Positions 1-7,460 of a stretch of DNA of 26,963 nt are shown here, one piece after another (position 1 is the stretch's first letter; the number at the start of each line of letters is the position of its first letter). The position numbers and the translations under genes were made by a program. Location: positions 1-26,963 of the forward strand of contig DASQCG010000112.1 of the NCBI GenBank assembly GCA_035634825.1, in the 5' to 3' direction. The notes under the pieces were generated by a model. The model was not told where the DNA came from, did not search any database, and worked only from the letters and a program-made list of their open reading frames with translations. The DNA is from Thermomicrobiales bacterium (GTDB taxonomy: Bacteria; Chloroflexota; Chloroflexia; Thermomicrobiales; UBA6265).

Positions 1-35
1 CGTGTAGCGATTGTCTATACGGCGCAAGCAGCATG

Positions 36-1310
36 CTATTCGCTGATAGGAGTGGCGGTGGTTGGGGAGAGGGCAGCGAGTAGGGTGTCGGGGATGGGGA
101 TTGTTGTAGCGCAGCCGGCGGTGGCGAGGCAGTCCGCCTCAACTCTGGCGAGTTCGGCGAGGGCGTCGATCGGGACCGACGCCTGATTGCCTTGCGGGAC
201 GAGATGCAGCCGGGCGATGTCCGGCCCGATCCGGACGGCAATGATCAGGGCGTGCGGGTCGCTCGGACCGCCGCCACCTGAGGCATATGAGAGCGCGACG
301 GTTTGATCGCCAAGCGCGACACCCGCCTCTTCGGTGCGTATGTCCCCGTAGAACGGGTTGGTGGCCAGGATGTCCGGCAGATCGGATGTCCACGCCTTGG
401 CCGCCTCGGCATCGGGAAAGTGGAGCAGGGTCACGCCGAAGAGCGCGCCATCGACCTCGGCCGTATCAATTCCCTGCCAAAGCTGGTAGACATCGAGTGC
501 GTCCCGGTAGGTGTCGGTGCGCAGACCGGTGGCATCGGACGATTCACCCTCGAGTGGGATGTCGACGCCGGTAATCCGGTAGTAGGCATCATCGAAGGTG
601 ACCACCTCGGCGTCGGTGTGCGCAATGCGGACAACGCGGGCGCCGAGCGCTGAGTCGATCACCGGCGATTCGGCGATCCGGTTTTCCATGGTCGTGGCCA
701 GTGTCTTCAGCAGATCGATGTCCGGATCGACGCGCTCGGCGGTCGGGTACTGGATGACGTTGACGCCGGCGATGAGCGCGCCCATGCGGAAGGTGAGATC
801 GAGCGAGCGGAACTGGCGGCCGGTTTGGCTGCTGAAGCCACGCTCGCTGGTCAACTCGGACTGTTGTCCGAAGGTTTGATTCAGCGGGAGATCCTTTGCC
901 GCCGCGACGGTCGATTCGTCCTCGAGAAATTCAAACCCGGCCCGCGCGCCATCGGCATTGGTGTACTCGGTGACGTACGAGCGAATGACCTGATCCGGTT
1001 GAGATGGGTCGGCCTTCGACGGGTGGCTGAGAAAGCTGACGTATTCGCGCTGCCAACCGATGCTGGTCAGGCGTTCGGCGACCTCGTCTGAATCGGCGCC
1101 CTGACCGATGTAATCCGCCCGATCACGCGCCGCGTCAGCGACAGAATGAACAAACGCTCCTTGATGGAGCCATCCGGATTGATCGAGGTCTGTCGGGCGG
1201 ATGGTCAGCGCCGGGAGGTCGGGCGCTGGGGGAGGCGATTGGGCTGAGGCAGGTGTCGCCAGAACGGCCATGAGAAGAAGTACCGCCGCAACCTGTCGAA
1301 ATTGAGCCAC
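36..1310 (-). CDS. Exported hypothetical protein with two tandem PknH-like/PsbP-like (sensor-type) domains
   Basis: Part of ORF 36..1730. Likely start is GTG at 1310 with AAGGGG 6 nt upstream, followed by a Sec signal peptide (MAQFRQVAAVLLLMAVLATPASA-Q). Two similar halves: SYVTEYTNADGARAGF...FRMGALIAGVNV and VTLLHFPDAEAAKAW...VRIGPDIARLHL. The fold call is inference. Confidence 0.65.
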   Translation of the reverse strand: MAQFRQVAAVLLLMAVLATPASAQSPPPAPDLPALTIRPTDLDQSGWLHQGAFVHSVADAARDRADYIGQGADSDEVAERLTSIGWQREYVSFLSHPSKADPSQPDQVIRSYVTEYTNADGARAGFEFLEDESTVAAAKDLPLNQTFGQQSELTSERGFSSQTGRQFRSLDLTFRMGALIAGVNVIQYPTAERVDPDIDLLKTLATTMENRIAESPVIDSALGARVVRIAHTDAEVVTFDDAYYRITGVDIPLEGESSDATGLRTDTYRDALDVYQLWQGIDTAEVDGALFGVTLLHFPDAEAAKAWTSDLPDILATNPFYGDIRTEEAGVALGDQTVALSYASGGGGPSDPHALIIAVRIGPDIARLHLVPQGNQASVPIDALAELARVEADCLATAGCATTIPIPDTLLAALSPTTATPISE

Positions 1311-1410
1311 GCATATCCCCTTCCGATATGAAAGTCGCTGAAATATATCCCAGGCTTGCAAGACTCGCCGTGCGCACAACTTCATTTGCGCTTCACGAGC
1401 GCGCTGCAGA

Positions 1411-2559
1411 GTGAATAGTGAAAGCGCCCCGGGGAGTGGGCGCCGAAACCGAAAGTGCCCCCTGCCTGTGTTCCATGCCGCCCTGCACCACGCCCGGACA
1501 TTGGGCGCCCGTTTTGCGACGCCAATCTGGATTCTGCTGCTGATCGTTTCGGCCAGCGTATTCGTGACGCGCCACGGCGCTGAGGCCCTCCGTGGCCTCG
1601 GAGCAATTGCGCAGAGCGATCCCAAGTGGGTGATCACCGTCCTTGCGGCGCAACTCGGCACGATTGCCTTGATCACGATGAAATACCGCACGCTCTTCGG
1701 TCGGCTGGGTGTGCAAGTGCCGCCGTTCACGATGGCGCGGGCCTACATTCGCCGGCACGTCATCGGTGTGGTCGTGCCGTTTGGTGGACCAGTCGGGCTC
1801 GTCCAGTTCGTCAAGGACCTCGAGCGGCAGAATATCCGGAGCGGCACGACGCTCTGCGCATCGTTGATGGCGACGCTGGTGAACGAGATTTCGTTCTTCC
1901 TGTATCTGATCCCGACGTTTGCCTGGCTCGCGATCTCGGGACGCGCCACGTCGTTGATGCTTGTCGGCATGATCACGCTCGGCACGATTGTCCTGGTCGT
2001 TCTGACGTCACTGTTGATCATGATGTTTCGCGGTTCGGTGCCGGCGTGGCTGGCCGCCCGGATCCCGGCCCGGATCGAGGAGAGCATCGCCGAGATTCAG
2101 GCGCACCACTTTGGCGTGCGTGATATCGCGGTCGGGATTCCCTATGCGCTCGGAGTCAATTTCGCCGGACTGCTGATGCTGGCGGCATCGCTTCAGGCGG
2201 TCGGGCAGCATCCGAGTTTGACGACCTTGCTGGTGGCCAGGGTCGGCGCCTCGCTGGCGATCCTGGCGCTCCCGATCTTCCAGGGAGCCGGCGCCGTCGA
2301 GCTGACGGTTATCGGGGCGCTGCATGCCGGCGGCGTGCCGGTGGCCGATGCGATTGCGGCGACGCTACTGTTCCGGATCGGCCAGTTCTGGGCGCCGTTG
2401 GCGATCGGCGGCGCGGCGATCATACCGTGGGAGCGGTGCGATCCGCGGTCGTGGCGACCATTCCCGATGACCGCGACGAGGGTCATCGCGACCGTGGCCA
2501 CGACGGCGCTGGTGGTGGCGCCGATCGGGTTGTTCCTGAAGGCCATCGACGTGATGTAG
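1411..2559 (+). CDS. UPF0104 / lysylphosphatidylglycerol synthase transmembrane (flippase-like) domain protein
   Basis: Multiple hydrophobic helices; motifs VPFGGPVG, PIFQGAGAVE and ATLLFRIGQFWAPLAIG are typical of the family. Start uncertain (1411 GTG or a later GTG/TTG). Confidence 0.75.
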   Translation: MNSESAPGSGRRNRKCPLPVFHAALHHARTLGARFATPIWILLLIVSASVFVTRHGAEALRGLGAIAQSDPKWVITVLAAQLGTIALITMKYRTLFGRLGVQVPPFTMARAYIRRHVIGVVVPFGGPVGLVQFVKDLERQNIRSGTTLCASLMATLVNEISFFLYLIPTFAWLAISGRATSLMLVGMITLGTIVLVVLTSLLIMMFRGSVPAWLAARIPARIEESIAEIQAHHFGVRDIAVGIPYALGVNFAGLLMLAASLQAVGQHPSLTTLLVARVGASLAILALPIFQGAGAVELTVIGALHAGGVPVADAIAATLLFRIGQFWAPLAIGGAAIIPWERCDPRSWRPFPMTATRVIATVATTALVVAPIGLFLKAIDVM

Positions 2560-2591
2560 GAATACGGCGGCGCGCGTATCGGTCTGCGATT

Positions 2592-2601
2592 ATTGCGCAA
2601 T
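2592..2601. promoter_or_regulatory. Perfect 10-bp palindrome ATTGCGCAAT overlapping the MFS start codon; possible repressor operator
   Basis: The palindrome is seen directly and includes the first two bases of the ATG at 2600. No obvious SD precedes this ATG. Function is inferred. Confidence 0.35.
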
Positions 2602-3904
2602 GCAATCTGTGCGCTCCTTCGGCCAACGTACCTTCGCCTCACTCTCCGTTCGTAATTACCGGCTGTTCTTCATCGGGCAGGGGATCTCGCAGTGCGGGAG
2701 CTGGATGCAGAGCATCGCCCAGGGGCTGCTCGTGCTCGAGCTGACCGGTTCGGGCACGGCGCTCGGGCTGGTGATTGCCCTGCAGAACTTGCCGGTGCTG
2801 TTCTTCGGACCGTGGGGCGGCGTCATGGCGGATCGCTTTCCGAAGCGGTCCATCCTGTATGTGACGCAAGCGCTCTCGGGAATGCTGGCCCTGACCGTCG
2901 GCGTGCTGGTCATTACCGATCTGGTCCAGCTCTGGATGCTTTATGTGCTGGGATTGATGCTCGGTTTCATCACCGTGTTCGACAATCCGGCACGGCAGAC
3001 CTTCGTGCGGGAGATGGTCGGAGCGGAGCGGTTGACGAATGCGGTCTCGCTCTCCTCGATGGAATTCAACCTGGCCCGGGTGATCGGCCCATCGATCGCC
3101 GGGATATTGGCGGCCACGATTGGGCTGGGCGCCTGCTTCATCGCCGATGGGCTGTCCTACATTGCGGTGCTGACTGTGCTCGTGATGATGCGGGCCGACG
3201 AGTTGCGGCCGGCGGTTCGGGTCGCGAGTGGCAAAGGGCAGCTCATGAACGGGCTGCGCTATGTGCGGACCCAGCCGGTACTCCTGAACACCTTGATCAT
3301 GATGGCGATCGTCGGCATGTTCACCTACGAGTTTTCGGTGATGCTGCCGCTCTTCGCGGAGTTCACGTTCGATTCCGGACCGGGCGCATATGCCTCGATG
3401 ACGGCGGCGATGGGCGCCGGGGCGGTGGTCGGTGGCTTGTTTGCGGCCAGCCGGCGGCGATCCACACTCGGGATGTCGGTTGCCGCCGGCGCGCTTTTCG
3501 GTGCGTCAGTAATGATTACCGCGCTCATGCCGACGCTTCACCTGGCGGTTGCGTCGCTGCTGATCGTTGGCTTCTTCTCGATCACGTTCACGTCGCTGGC
3601 CAATGTGACACTCCAGCTCAGCAGCGCATCGGATATGCAGGGGCGGGTGATGGCGCTCTGGTCGATGGCTTTTCTGGGCACGACGCCGATCGGCGGTCCC
3701 GTGATGGGCGCGATCGGTGAACATGCCGGCGCGCGCTGGGCCCTCGCGATCGGCGGTTTCGCCGCGATCGTGGCGGCCGGGGTCGGATTGCGAGCGTGGT
3801 TGAAATCGAGAAGTCGAGAAGTAGGGTTGAAGGCGAGCAGGCGAGCAGGCGAGCAGTTGACCCCACTAGAAACCAGAAACGAGAAACTGGAAACTCCTTC
3901 GTAA
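2600..3904 (+). CDS. MFS transporter (MFS_3 / transmembrane secretion effector-like)
   Basis: N-terminus RNYRLFFIGQGISQCGSWMQSIAQGLLVLELTGS, motif A-like GGVMADRFPKR, DNPARQTFV, MQGRVMALW; about 12 hydrophobic segments. Confidence 0.9.
   Translation: MQSVRSFGQRTFASLSVRNYRLFFIGQGISQCGSWMQSIAQGLLVLELTGSGTALGLVIALQNLPVLFFGPWGGVMADRFPKRSILYVTQALSGMLALTVGVLVITDLVQLWMLYVLGLMLGFITVFDNPARQTFVREMVGAERLTNAVSLSSMEFNLARVIGPSIAGILAATIGLGACFIADGLSYIAVLTVLVMMRADELRPAVRVASGKGQLMNGLRYVRTQPVLLNTLIMMAIVGMFTYEFSVMLPLFAEFTFDSGPGAYASMTAAMGAGAVVGGLFAASRRRSTLGMSVAAGALFGASVMITALMPTLHLAVASLLIVGFFSITFTSLANVTLQLSSASDMQGRVMALWSMAFLGTTPIGGPVMGAIGEHAGARWALAIGGFAAIVAAGVGLRAWLKSRSREVGLKASRRAGEQLTPLETRNEKLETPS
3806..3895 (+). 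repeat. Cluster of short tandem repeats (8-mer x2, 8-mer x3, 7-mer x4) in the MFS 3' tail
   Basis: TCGAGAAG x2 (3806-3821); AGGCGAGC x3 (3831-3854); AGAAACC/AGAAACG/AGAAACT/GGAAACT (3868-3895). Confidence 0.8.
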
Positions 3905-4020
3905 CCCTCAACCCCTTCTGTCGCCTGCTTGTGCCGCCGGTTACCATGGGCGGACTAGTGTTCCGCGCATCGACGTCTGACCGCGCGGGCGCGAACCCGC
4001 TCGCAGTATCCGGAGGCGAC

Positions 4021-4968
4021 ATGGAGCTCGGAGGCATTCACCACCTGACCGCGATTTCGGCCAGGATCCGTGACAACCACCACTTCTACACGCAGACAAT
4101 GGGCATGCGGCTCGTCAAGCGCTCCGTCAACCAGGACGATGTCTCGGCGTATCACCTCTTCTACGCCGACGCCAAAGGCAGTCCGGGCACGGACCTGACC
4201 TTCTTCGACTGGCCGGTGCCGCCCGAACGCCGCGGCACGCGTGCGATCGTGCGGACCGCGCTGCGGGTCTCGGGCAAGGCGACGCTCGACTGGTGGAAAC
4301 AGCGGCTGGACGAGAAGGGCGTCAAGGCTGGCGATGTCGTGGAGCGAGATGGGCGATCGACGCTCGATCTCGAGGATGCCGAGGGACAGCGACTGGCATT
4401 GATCGATGACGGCGGCGCGGGCGATGCCTTCCCGTGGGATCGCAGCCCGGTCCCGGCCGAGCACCAGATCCGCGGGTTGGGTCCGATCACGCTCAGCGTG
4501 CCGCTGCTGGAACCGACTGATGCCCTGCTCCAGAGCGGCCTGAAAATGCGCAAGGTTCGGGAGTACGACGATCTGCCGCACTCCGAGCGGTCGGTCCACG
4601 TGTACGAGATGGGACCGGCCGGACCGGGGGCCGAGTTGCATGTCGCGGTTCAGCCGGATGGGCCGGTCGCGATGCAGGGCGCAGGCGCAGTGCACCACGT
4701 CGCCTTCCGGATCCCGGATGACACATACGACGACTGGGCGAACCGGCTGAACGACCTCGGCATCCCGAACAGCGGCAAGATCGACCGCTACTGGTTCCGG
4801 AGCCTCTACTTCCGCGAACCGAACGGGATCCTGTTCGAGATCGCGACCGATGGGCCCGGCTTCGGTGTCGATGAGGACATGGCGACGCTCGGCGAAAAGG
4901 TCGTGCTGGCGCCGTTCCTCGAGCCACGGCGGGATGAGATCATCGCCAACCTGAAGCCGATTGACTGA
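4021..4968 (+). CDS. Ring-cleaving dioxygenase, glyoxalase/VOC superfamily (MhqA/MhqE/MhqO-like)
   Basis: GGAGG SD before ATG 4021. Motifs GIHHLTAIS, LVKRSVNQDD...YHLFYAD, GTDLTFFDW, GAVHHVAFR, DRYWFRSLYFREPNGILFEIATDGPGF. Confidence 0.93.
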   Translation: MELGGIHHLTAISARIRDNHHFYTQTMGMRLVKRSVNQDDVSAYHLFYADAKGSPGTDLTFFDWPVPPERRGTRAIVRTALRVSGKATLDWWKQRLDEKGVKAGDVVERDGRSTLDLEDAEGQRLALIDDGGAGDAFPWDRSPVPAEHQIRGLGPITLSVPLLEPTDALLQSGLKMRKVREYDDLPHSERSVHVYEMGPAGPGAELHVAVQPDGPVAMQGAGAVHHVAFRIPDDTYDDWANRLNDLGIPNSGKIDRYWFRSLYFREPNGILFEIATDGPGFGVDEDMATLGEKVVLAPFLEPRRDEIIANLKPID

Positions 4969-4988
4969 GAGGACCAAAGGAAACCACC

Positions 4989-5648
4989 ATGCGAGAGTCC
5001 ACATTGGACTTCGTCCATCGCTACATCCCACCGAATCCCGACGCGGAAGGCGTCTCAGGTATGACGCTGCTGGCGCTTCACGGAACCGGTGGGGACGAGG
5101 CCGACCTGATTCCGCTGGCGCAGGCGATCCTGCCCGGTGCCGGCGTGCTCAGTCCGCGCGGCAAAGTGCTGGAAGGGAATGCCCCGCGCTTCTTCCGGCG
5201 GCTTGCCGAGGGCGTGCTCGACCAGGAGGATCTGAAGTTCCGGACCGCCGAGTTGGTCCAGTTCGTCGAGGCGGCGTCGGCTGAGTACGGGTTCGATCGC
5301 GCCAGCGTGGTGGCGGTCGGATTTTCGAACGGCGCCAACATCGCGGCCAGCATACTCCTGCGTTACCCCAATGCGCTGCGGGGAGCCGCGCTGTTGAGCC
5401 CGATGCTGCCGTTTGAGCCCGAGTCGACGCCTGACCTGGGCGAGACGGATGTCTTCATCGGTGCGGGCCGGACCGATCCCCTCGTGCCGGTCGAGCAGGT
5501 CAAGCACCTGGCGGATCTGCTCAAGTCTGGTGGCGCGAACGTGACCGTGCACTGGGATCAAGGCGGTCACACGATCTCGCCATCGGAGCTCAAGGCGGCC
5601 CAGAAGTGGGCGGCGGGCATCGTCGAGGCGGCCGAGCAGTTCCGATAG
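4989..5648 (+). CDS. Alpha/beta hydrolase, phospholipase/carboxylesterase family (MhqD-like)
   Basis: LLALHGTGGDE, SPRGKVLE..PRFFRR, nucleophile elbow GFSNGANIA, Asp in GRTDPLVP, His in GGHTI. Confidence 0.92.
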   Translation: MRESTLDFVHRYIPPNPDAEGVSGMTLLALHGTGGDEADLIPLAQAILPGAGVLSPRGKVLEGNAPRFFRRLAEGVLDQEDLKFRTAELVQFVEAASAEYGFDRASVVAVGFSNGANIAASILLRYPNALRGAALLSPMLPFEPESTPDLGETDVFIGAGRTDPLVPVEQVKHLADLLKSGGANVTVHWDQGGHTISPSELKAAQKWAAGIVEAAEQFR

Positions 5649-5668
5649 CTGGGCTGCTGATACGGGAA

Positions 5669-5690
5669 GGAGCGGGCAGTGGCCCGCTCC
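5669..5690. terminator. Hairpin between convergent genes; probable bidirectional terminator
   Basis: GGAGCGGGC-AGTG-GCCCGCTCC, a 9-bp perfect stem between stops at 5648 (+) and 5703 (-). Confidence 0.65.
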
Positions 5691-5702
5691 CGATATTTGA
5701 TG

Positions 5703-6836
5703 TTATTTCCCCGCGATGACCGTTAGTGTCATGCCGGCATCGTAGTGCCCGGTCAGTGCGCAAACGAGTTGGTAGTCGCCTGCCTGGGCGAAGGCGACCT
5801 CGATCTCCCGCATCGCGCCCGGGGCAAGGTCATCGACCGGGATGACTCCGAGCGCCACGTGATGCAGTTCCTCCATGTCCTTCCCGCCGATGCCCGGCAT
5901 ATCGGGTAGAACCATGAACTCGTGCGGGAGTAAGCCGGTATTCGTTACGACGAAGCGATAGGTCTGGCCGGTGTGGAACTCTGCCGGGGAGGCAGTCACC
6001 GCGAATTCGTCGAGTGTCACGTTGACGACGATCGCATCAGACTGTACGGCCGGCGTGCCCGGTGTCGCCTCGCCGTACCAGGCCGCTCGCCAGCCCGTCA
6101 TCTGGTCGATCTCGCGCTGCTGGGCGTCGATGATCTCGTGGGCGATGTCCTTGAGTTCCTGGTGCTTCGCATTCGCAAGGGCTGCCTGCGCCATCATGAT
6201 CGCGCTCTGGTGATGGGGAATCATCATGTCGATGAAGGCGAGATCGAAGGAGCCGGTGACTGAGCAGAGTGAGGCGACGTCCATGGTCGGATCCATGTGC
6301 ATCGATCCCATGCTCTCCATGAGGTCCGACATGCCGGGCATCATCTGGTCCATATTCTGCATCTGCATCATGTCGGCCATCGTGACGGGTGGGGCATCCT
6401 GGTACCACTGGGATCGCCAGGTCTGAAGTTGCGCGATCTCTGCGTCCTGCGCATCGACGATTGCCGGGGCCAGGGCGCGAATCTCCTCGTGCTCGCCCCG
6501 CGCAAGTGCAACCTTGGCCATGGCGACGGCGCCCTCATGGTGCGGGATCATCATGTCGATGAACGCGAGGTCGAACTCAACGTTCATCATCATGCCGTGA
6601 CCAGGCGTACTTCCCATGCCCATGTTTCCGCCCGCGGGCATGCCGTTCATGCCCGCGGCGCCGGTTGGAGTGGCAAGACCGGTACAGGCGCTTCCCGGGG
6701 TGGGAGTTGCGGCATGATGGGCCGAATGGTCCGGTGTCGGCGTGCTGGCGAGGCTGCCGCTGGTCAGCCCAAACACGATCGCCAGGGCCGCGACGAATAC
6801 GGTTAAAAGTCGCATCAATGATGTTCCAAAATCCAT
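5703..6836 (-). CDS. Exported DUF305 (CopM-like, two HH-containing repeats) protein fused to a C-terminal cupredoxin domain
   Basis: Signal-like N-terminus; two repeats DLAFIDMMIPHH...AQ..EI.Q...WR..WY; Met-rich linkers; cupredoxin ligands in PHEFMV...CALTGHYDAGM (C-x4-H-x4-M). Start ATG 6836 with AGGAGG upstream (the ORF track starts at GTG 6863). Confidence 0.88.
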   Translation of the reverse strand: MDFGTSLMRLLTVFVAALAIVFGLTSGSLASTPTPDHSAHHAATPTPGSACTGLATPTGAAGMNGMPAGGNMGMGSTPGHGMMMNVEFDLAFIDMMIPHHEGAVAMAKVALARGEHEEIRALAPAIVDAQDAEIAQLQTWRSQWYQDAPPVTMADMMQMQNMDQMMPGMSDLMESMGSMHMDPTMDVASLCSVTGSFDLAFIDMMIPHHQSAIMMAQAALANAKHQELKDIAHEIIDAQQREIDQMTGWRAAWYGEATPGTPAVQSDAIVVNVTLDEFAVTASPAEFHTGQTYRFVVTNTGLLPHEFMVLPDMPGIGGKDMEELHHVALGVIPVDDLAPGAMREIEVAFAQAGDYQLVCALTGHYDAGMTLTVIAGK

Positions 6837-6846
6837 GACCTGATTT

Positions 6847-6930
6847 GGCCTCCTGTCTGACACGGTCAGCCACCAGCCTGCGCCGGCGGGATTCTCTGAT
6901 TCCGGTCAGGCGGCCTAATTCAGGAAGACC
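6847..6930 (-). promoter_or_regulatory. Predicted SD-sequestering RNA structure linking the end of the upstream small ORF to the DUF305-cupredoxin ribosome binding site
   Basis: On the mRNA, GGUCUUCCUG (6930-6921, in the last leader codons) can pair with CAGGAGGCC (6855-6847, contains the SD). This encloses hairpins CCGCCGGC-GCAG-GCUGGUGG and CUGAC-CGU-GUCAG. Folded by hand only. Confidence 0.5.
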
Positions 6931-7364
6931 TGGAGGAGAGCCCGGCGCACTCCGGGCGGGTAAACCGGTTCGATCGAGACGACCGGGATTTCTTGCCCGG
7001 TCGCGCCTCGCAGGCAGACTGCGGTGTCGACTGGTCCGGCCGCGAGGCGGTGGAGATCCGGAGCGGGGATCGGATTATTGACGCGGACGAGGCCGCAATC
7101 AGTCAACTCCGGGCAGAAATCCGTTGGACACGGGGAGTTGGTTAACGGGGGATGTATCGCCAGATCGGTCTCGTACAGGAGTCCGTCGTGCATCTCGCCG
7201 AATGGGTGGGCTAGGTTGATCTCGACGACACCTGCGGGGATCGGAGTGTCATGCGGATGCGCGGCCATGGCGACGTCGTGGCTGACCAGGGCGATGGCAA
7301 TGAGTGCTATCAGCACCGGCCAGGTCATTAGCAGCGGTCTAGTCAATGCGCGCAGGCGACTCAT
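6915..7364 (-). CDS. Small exported His/Cys-rich protein; candidate copper-responsive leader peptide
   Basis: Signal peptide ending AMA, His-rich segment, C-x4-C-x5-C motif (CPTDFCPELTDC), Pro-rich spacer, C-terminus YPPGVRRALLQVFLN. ATG 7364 has GAGG upstream; alternative TTG start at 7388 has AAGGAG upstream. Confidence 0.7.
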   Translation of the reverse strand: MSRLRALTRPLLMTWPVLIALIAIALVSHDVAMAAHPHDTPIPAGVVEINLAHPFGEMHDGLLYETDLAIHPPLTNSPCPTDFCPELTDCGLVRVNNPIPAPDLHRLAAGPVDTAVCLRGATGQEIPVVSIEPVYPPGVRRALLQVFLN

Positions 7365-7425
7365 CAGTATCCTCGATGCCGGTCGCAAATCGGCCCCACT
7401 CCTTTCAGTCTACGACCGCCCCGGT

Positions 7426-7446
7426 TCGCCGGAGTCATGCCGGCGA
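7426..7446. other. Stem-loop just downstream of the copB stop
   Basis: TCGCCGG-N7-CCGGCGA, 7-bp stem, no U-tract; attenuator or mRNA-stabilising role possible. Confidence 0.4.
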
Positions 7447-7460
7447 CCCTGAATCGGGCA

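Noticed and set aside
1423-1460. Hairpin-rich stretch with GAAA elements (GGGCGC-CGAAACCGAAA-GTGCCC) resembling a c-di-GMP riboswitch
   Set aside because: It lacks the GGGCAAACC...GGGACGCAAAGCC core arrangement by eye; an Infernal/Rfam scan would be needed and I cannot support the call.
1311-1730. N-terminal extension of ORF 36..1730
   Set aside because: It overlaps the divergent UPF0104 gene and has non-protein-like composition; a good SD and signal peptide begin at GTG 1310.
3955-5031. Long antisense ORF (358 aa) opposite the dioxygenase; similar ones at 8529-9692, 16103-17263, 20443-21381 and 25220-26749
   Set aside because: Each mirrors a well-supported gene on the other strand, has no recognisable motifs, and is expected from high-GC codon bias suppressing antisense stops.
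7407-7412. TAGACT -10 hexamer upstream of the leader ORF (internal promoter)
   Set aside because: No convincing -35 at 16-18 bp and no extended TG; not supportable without TSS data.
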